Source: Klebsormidium nitens (lineage: Eukaryota; Plantae; Klebsormidiophyceae). Taken from it: 64,000 bases of DNA. How positions within the stretch are numbered: the stretch's first letter is position 1; every line of letters starts with the position of its first letter. The notes beneath the pieces are model-generated. The model worked only from the letters and a program-made list of their open reading frames with translations, was not told the DNA's origin and did no database searches. Both the position numbers and the translations under genes were made by a program. Location: positions 1 to 64,000 of the forward strand of contig DF236995.1 in assembly GCA_000708835.1 (NCBI GenBank), in the 5' to 3' direction. Below, piece after piece: positions 63,008 to 64,000 of this stretch.

Positions 63008-64000
63008 GATCTTGCAGTTAAACCTGCTAGTTGCAAAGAGAGTTTTCGCGAAGAAGCGCTCTCGTAGTTATGCCCTGCTCTTTTGAGGCTGGGCAAAATT
63101 TTCCAAACAGAGGGAAAAAAAGTTGAAAGGATCTATCTGAAAGGGACCGGGAAGAGGCAGCATCTTCAATCTCTGCGCTGCTCGCCTGCAATTGCCGGGG
63201 ATGCCACGTACGTACAGGCTTGCAGAACGGCAGAACGTGGCTTTGGTCACAGGAACGTCTGCAGAGCTAGCTGGTTCTTCATATGTCACTGTTAATTGTG
63301 GTACCCGTTGAATCAGTCCAATGTCAACTTCGTGTCACGATGCCAAGGAGGAACTGCGCGAGACAACAAAAGACAAGATCAACACAGTACCAATCGTTGA
63401 CGAACATGCAGATATTCGGAGTTTCCAAGGACGGTCCTTGAGTACATGCACATGGCACCACTTGAGAGGAAGCTTCGGGCAGCTTCAGGATACCTTCCCC
63501 TTCGAATTCCATCCATATAAAGAAGCGCACACGCCAGATGTCTCGAACTTCACCACGAGTCGATCTGAGTTCATCAAGCGTTTGGACTGATCAGATTCAA
63601 GTTGCACAATGATTCACAAGCTCAATCAGCCTCTGACGTCGTTGCTAATCACGGTTGCAGGCGCCCCTAACTTATTTAAGCATGTGAAAACAGGTCGCGT
63701 ATTCCTAGCCTGAATCTTAAAACCACTAAACACACGCCCTTTCTGCCTACGCTCTGGCTACGCCTTTTACTGTCTCGCCTTAGCGGCACACGGATTGCTT
63801 TCCCACATTTCGTTGATTCGACGGTTGATCAGATTTGCTACGGTGAGTAGAGATGTCGAAGCCGTCCTACCCCGACCTCGCGCGCGCGCGCTGCGCCTGA
63901 CGCGGCCGCGGGGTTCCTTTGGAGCGCGCGGGCGCGCCGGGCTCGCGCTCCGCGCCCTTGTCCGTTGCTGAGCGCGCGCGTCTTCGCGGTCGCCGGGCTC

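Overview
Eukaryotic nuclear DNA with GT-AG introns and plant-type genes. Gene content, intron size and GC-rich exons fit a streptophyte alga such as Klebsormidium; this is inference and was not checked. I built nine protein-coding gene models by hand. They are CDC6 (-), a plastid-type MFS glucose transporter (+), a fusion gene (+), a bacterial-type NMT1/THI5-like binding protein with frame lesions (+), a MYND-finger protein (-), a small Gly-rich membrane protein (-), a plastid thioredoxin (-), a BCAS3-type ATG18 (+) and an unknown protein (-). The standout is the 10-exon fusion gene at 20035-28979 (about 1,250 aa or more). It joins a signal peptide, an 8-Cys module, an alpha-dioxygenase-like heme domain, a lipid-transfer-protein-like 8-cysteine motif and a roughly 7-TM TLC-like domain. 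Its heme ligands are kept, but the catalytic Tyr is Ser. Other oddities are an orphan acetyl-CoA synthetase exon in intergenic DNA, five tandem duplications that copy splice sites, and paired E2F sites upstream of CDC6. A 20-N gap lies at 28980-28999. I saw no rRNA, tRNA or CRISPR array. Family assignments come from motif recognition, not database searches.
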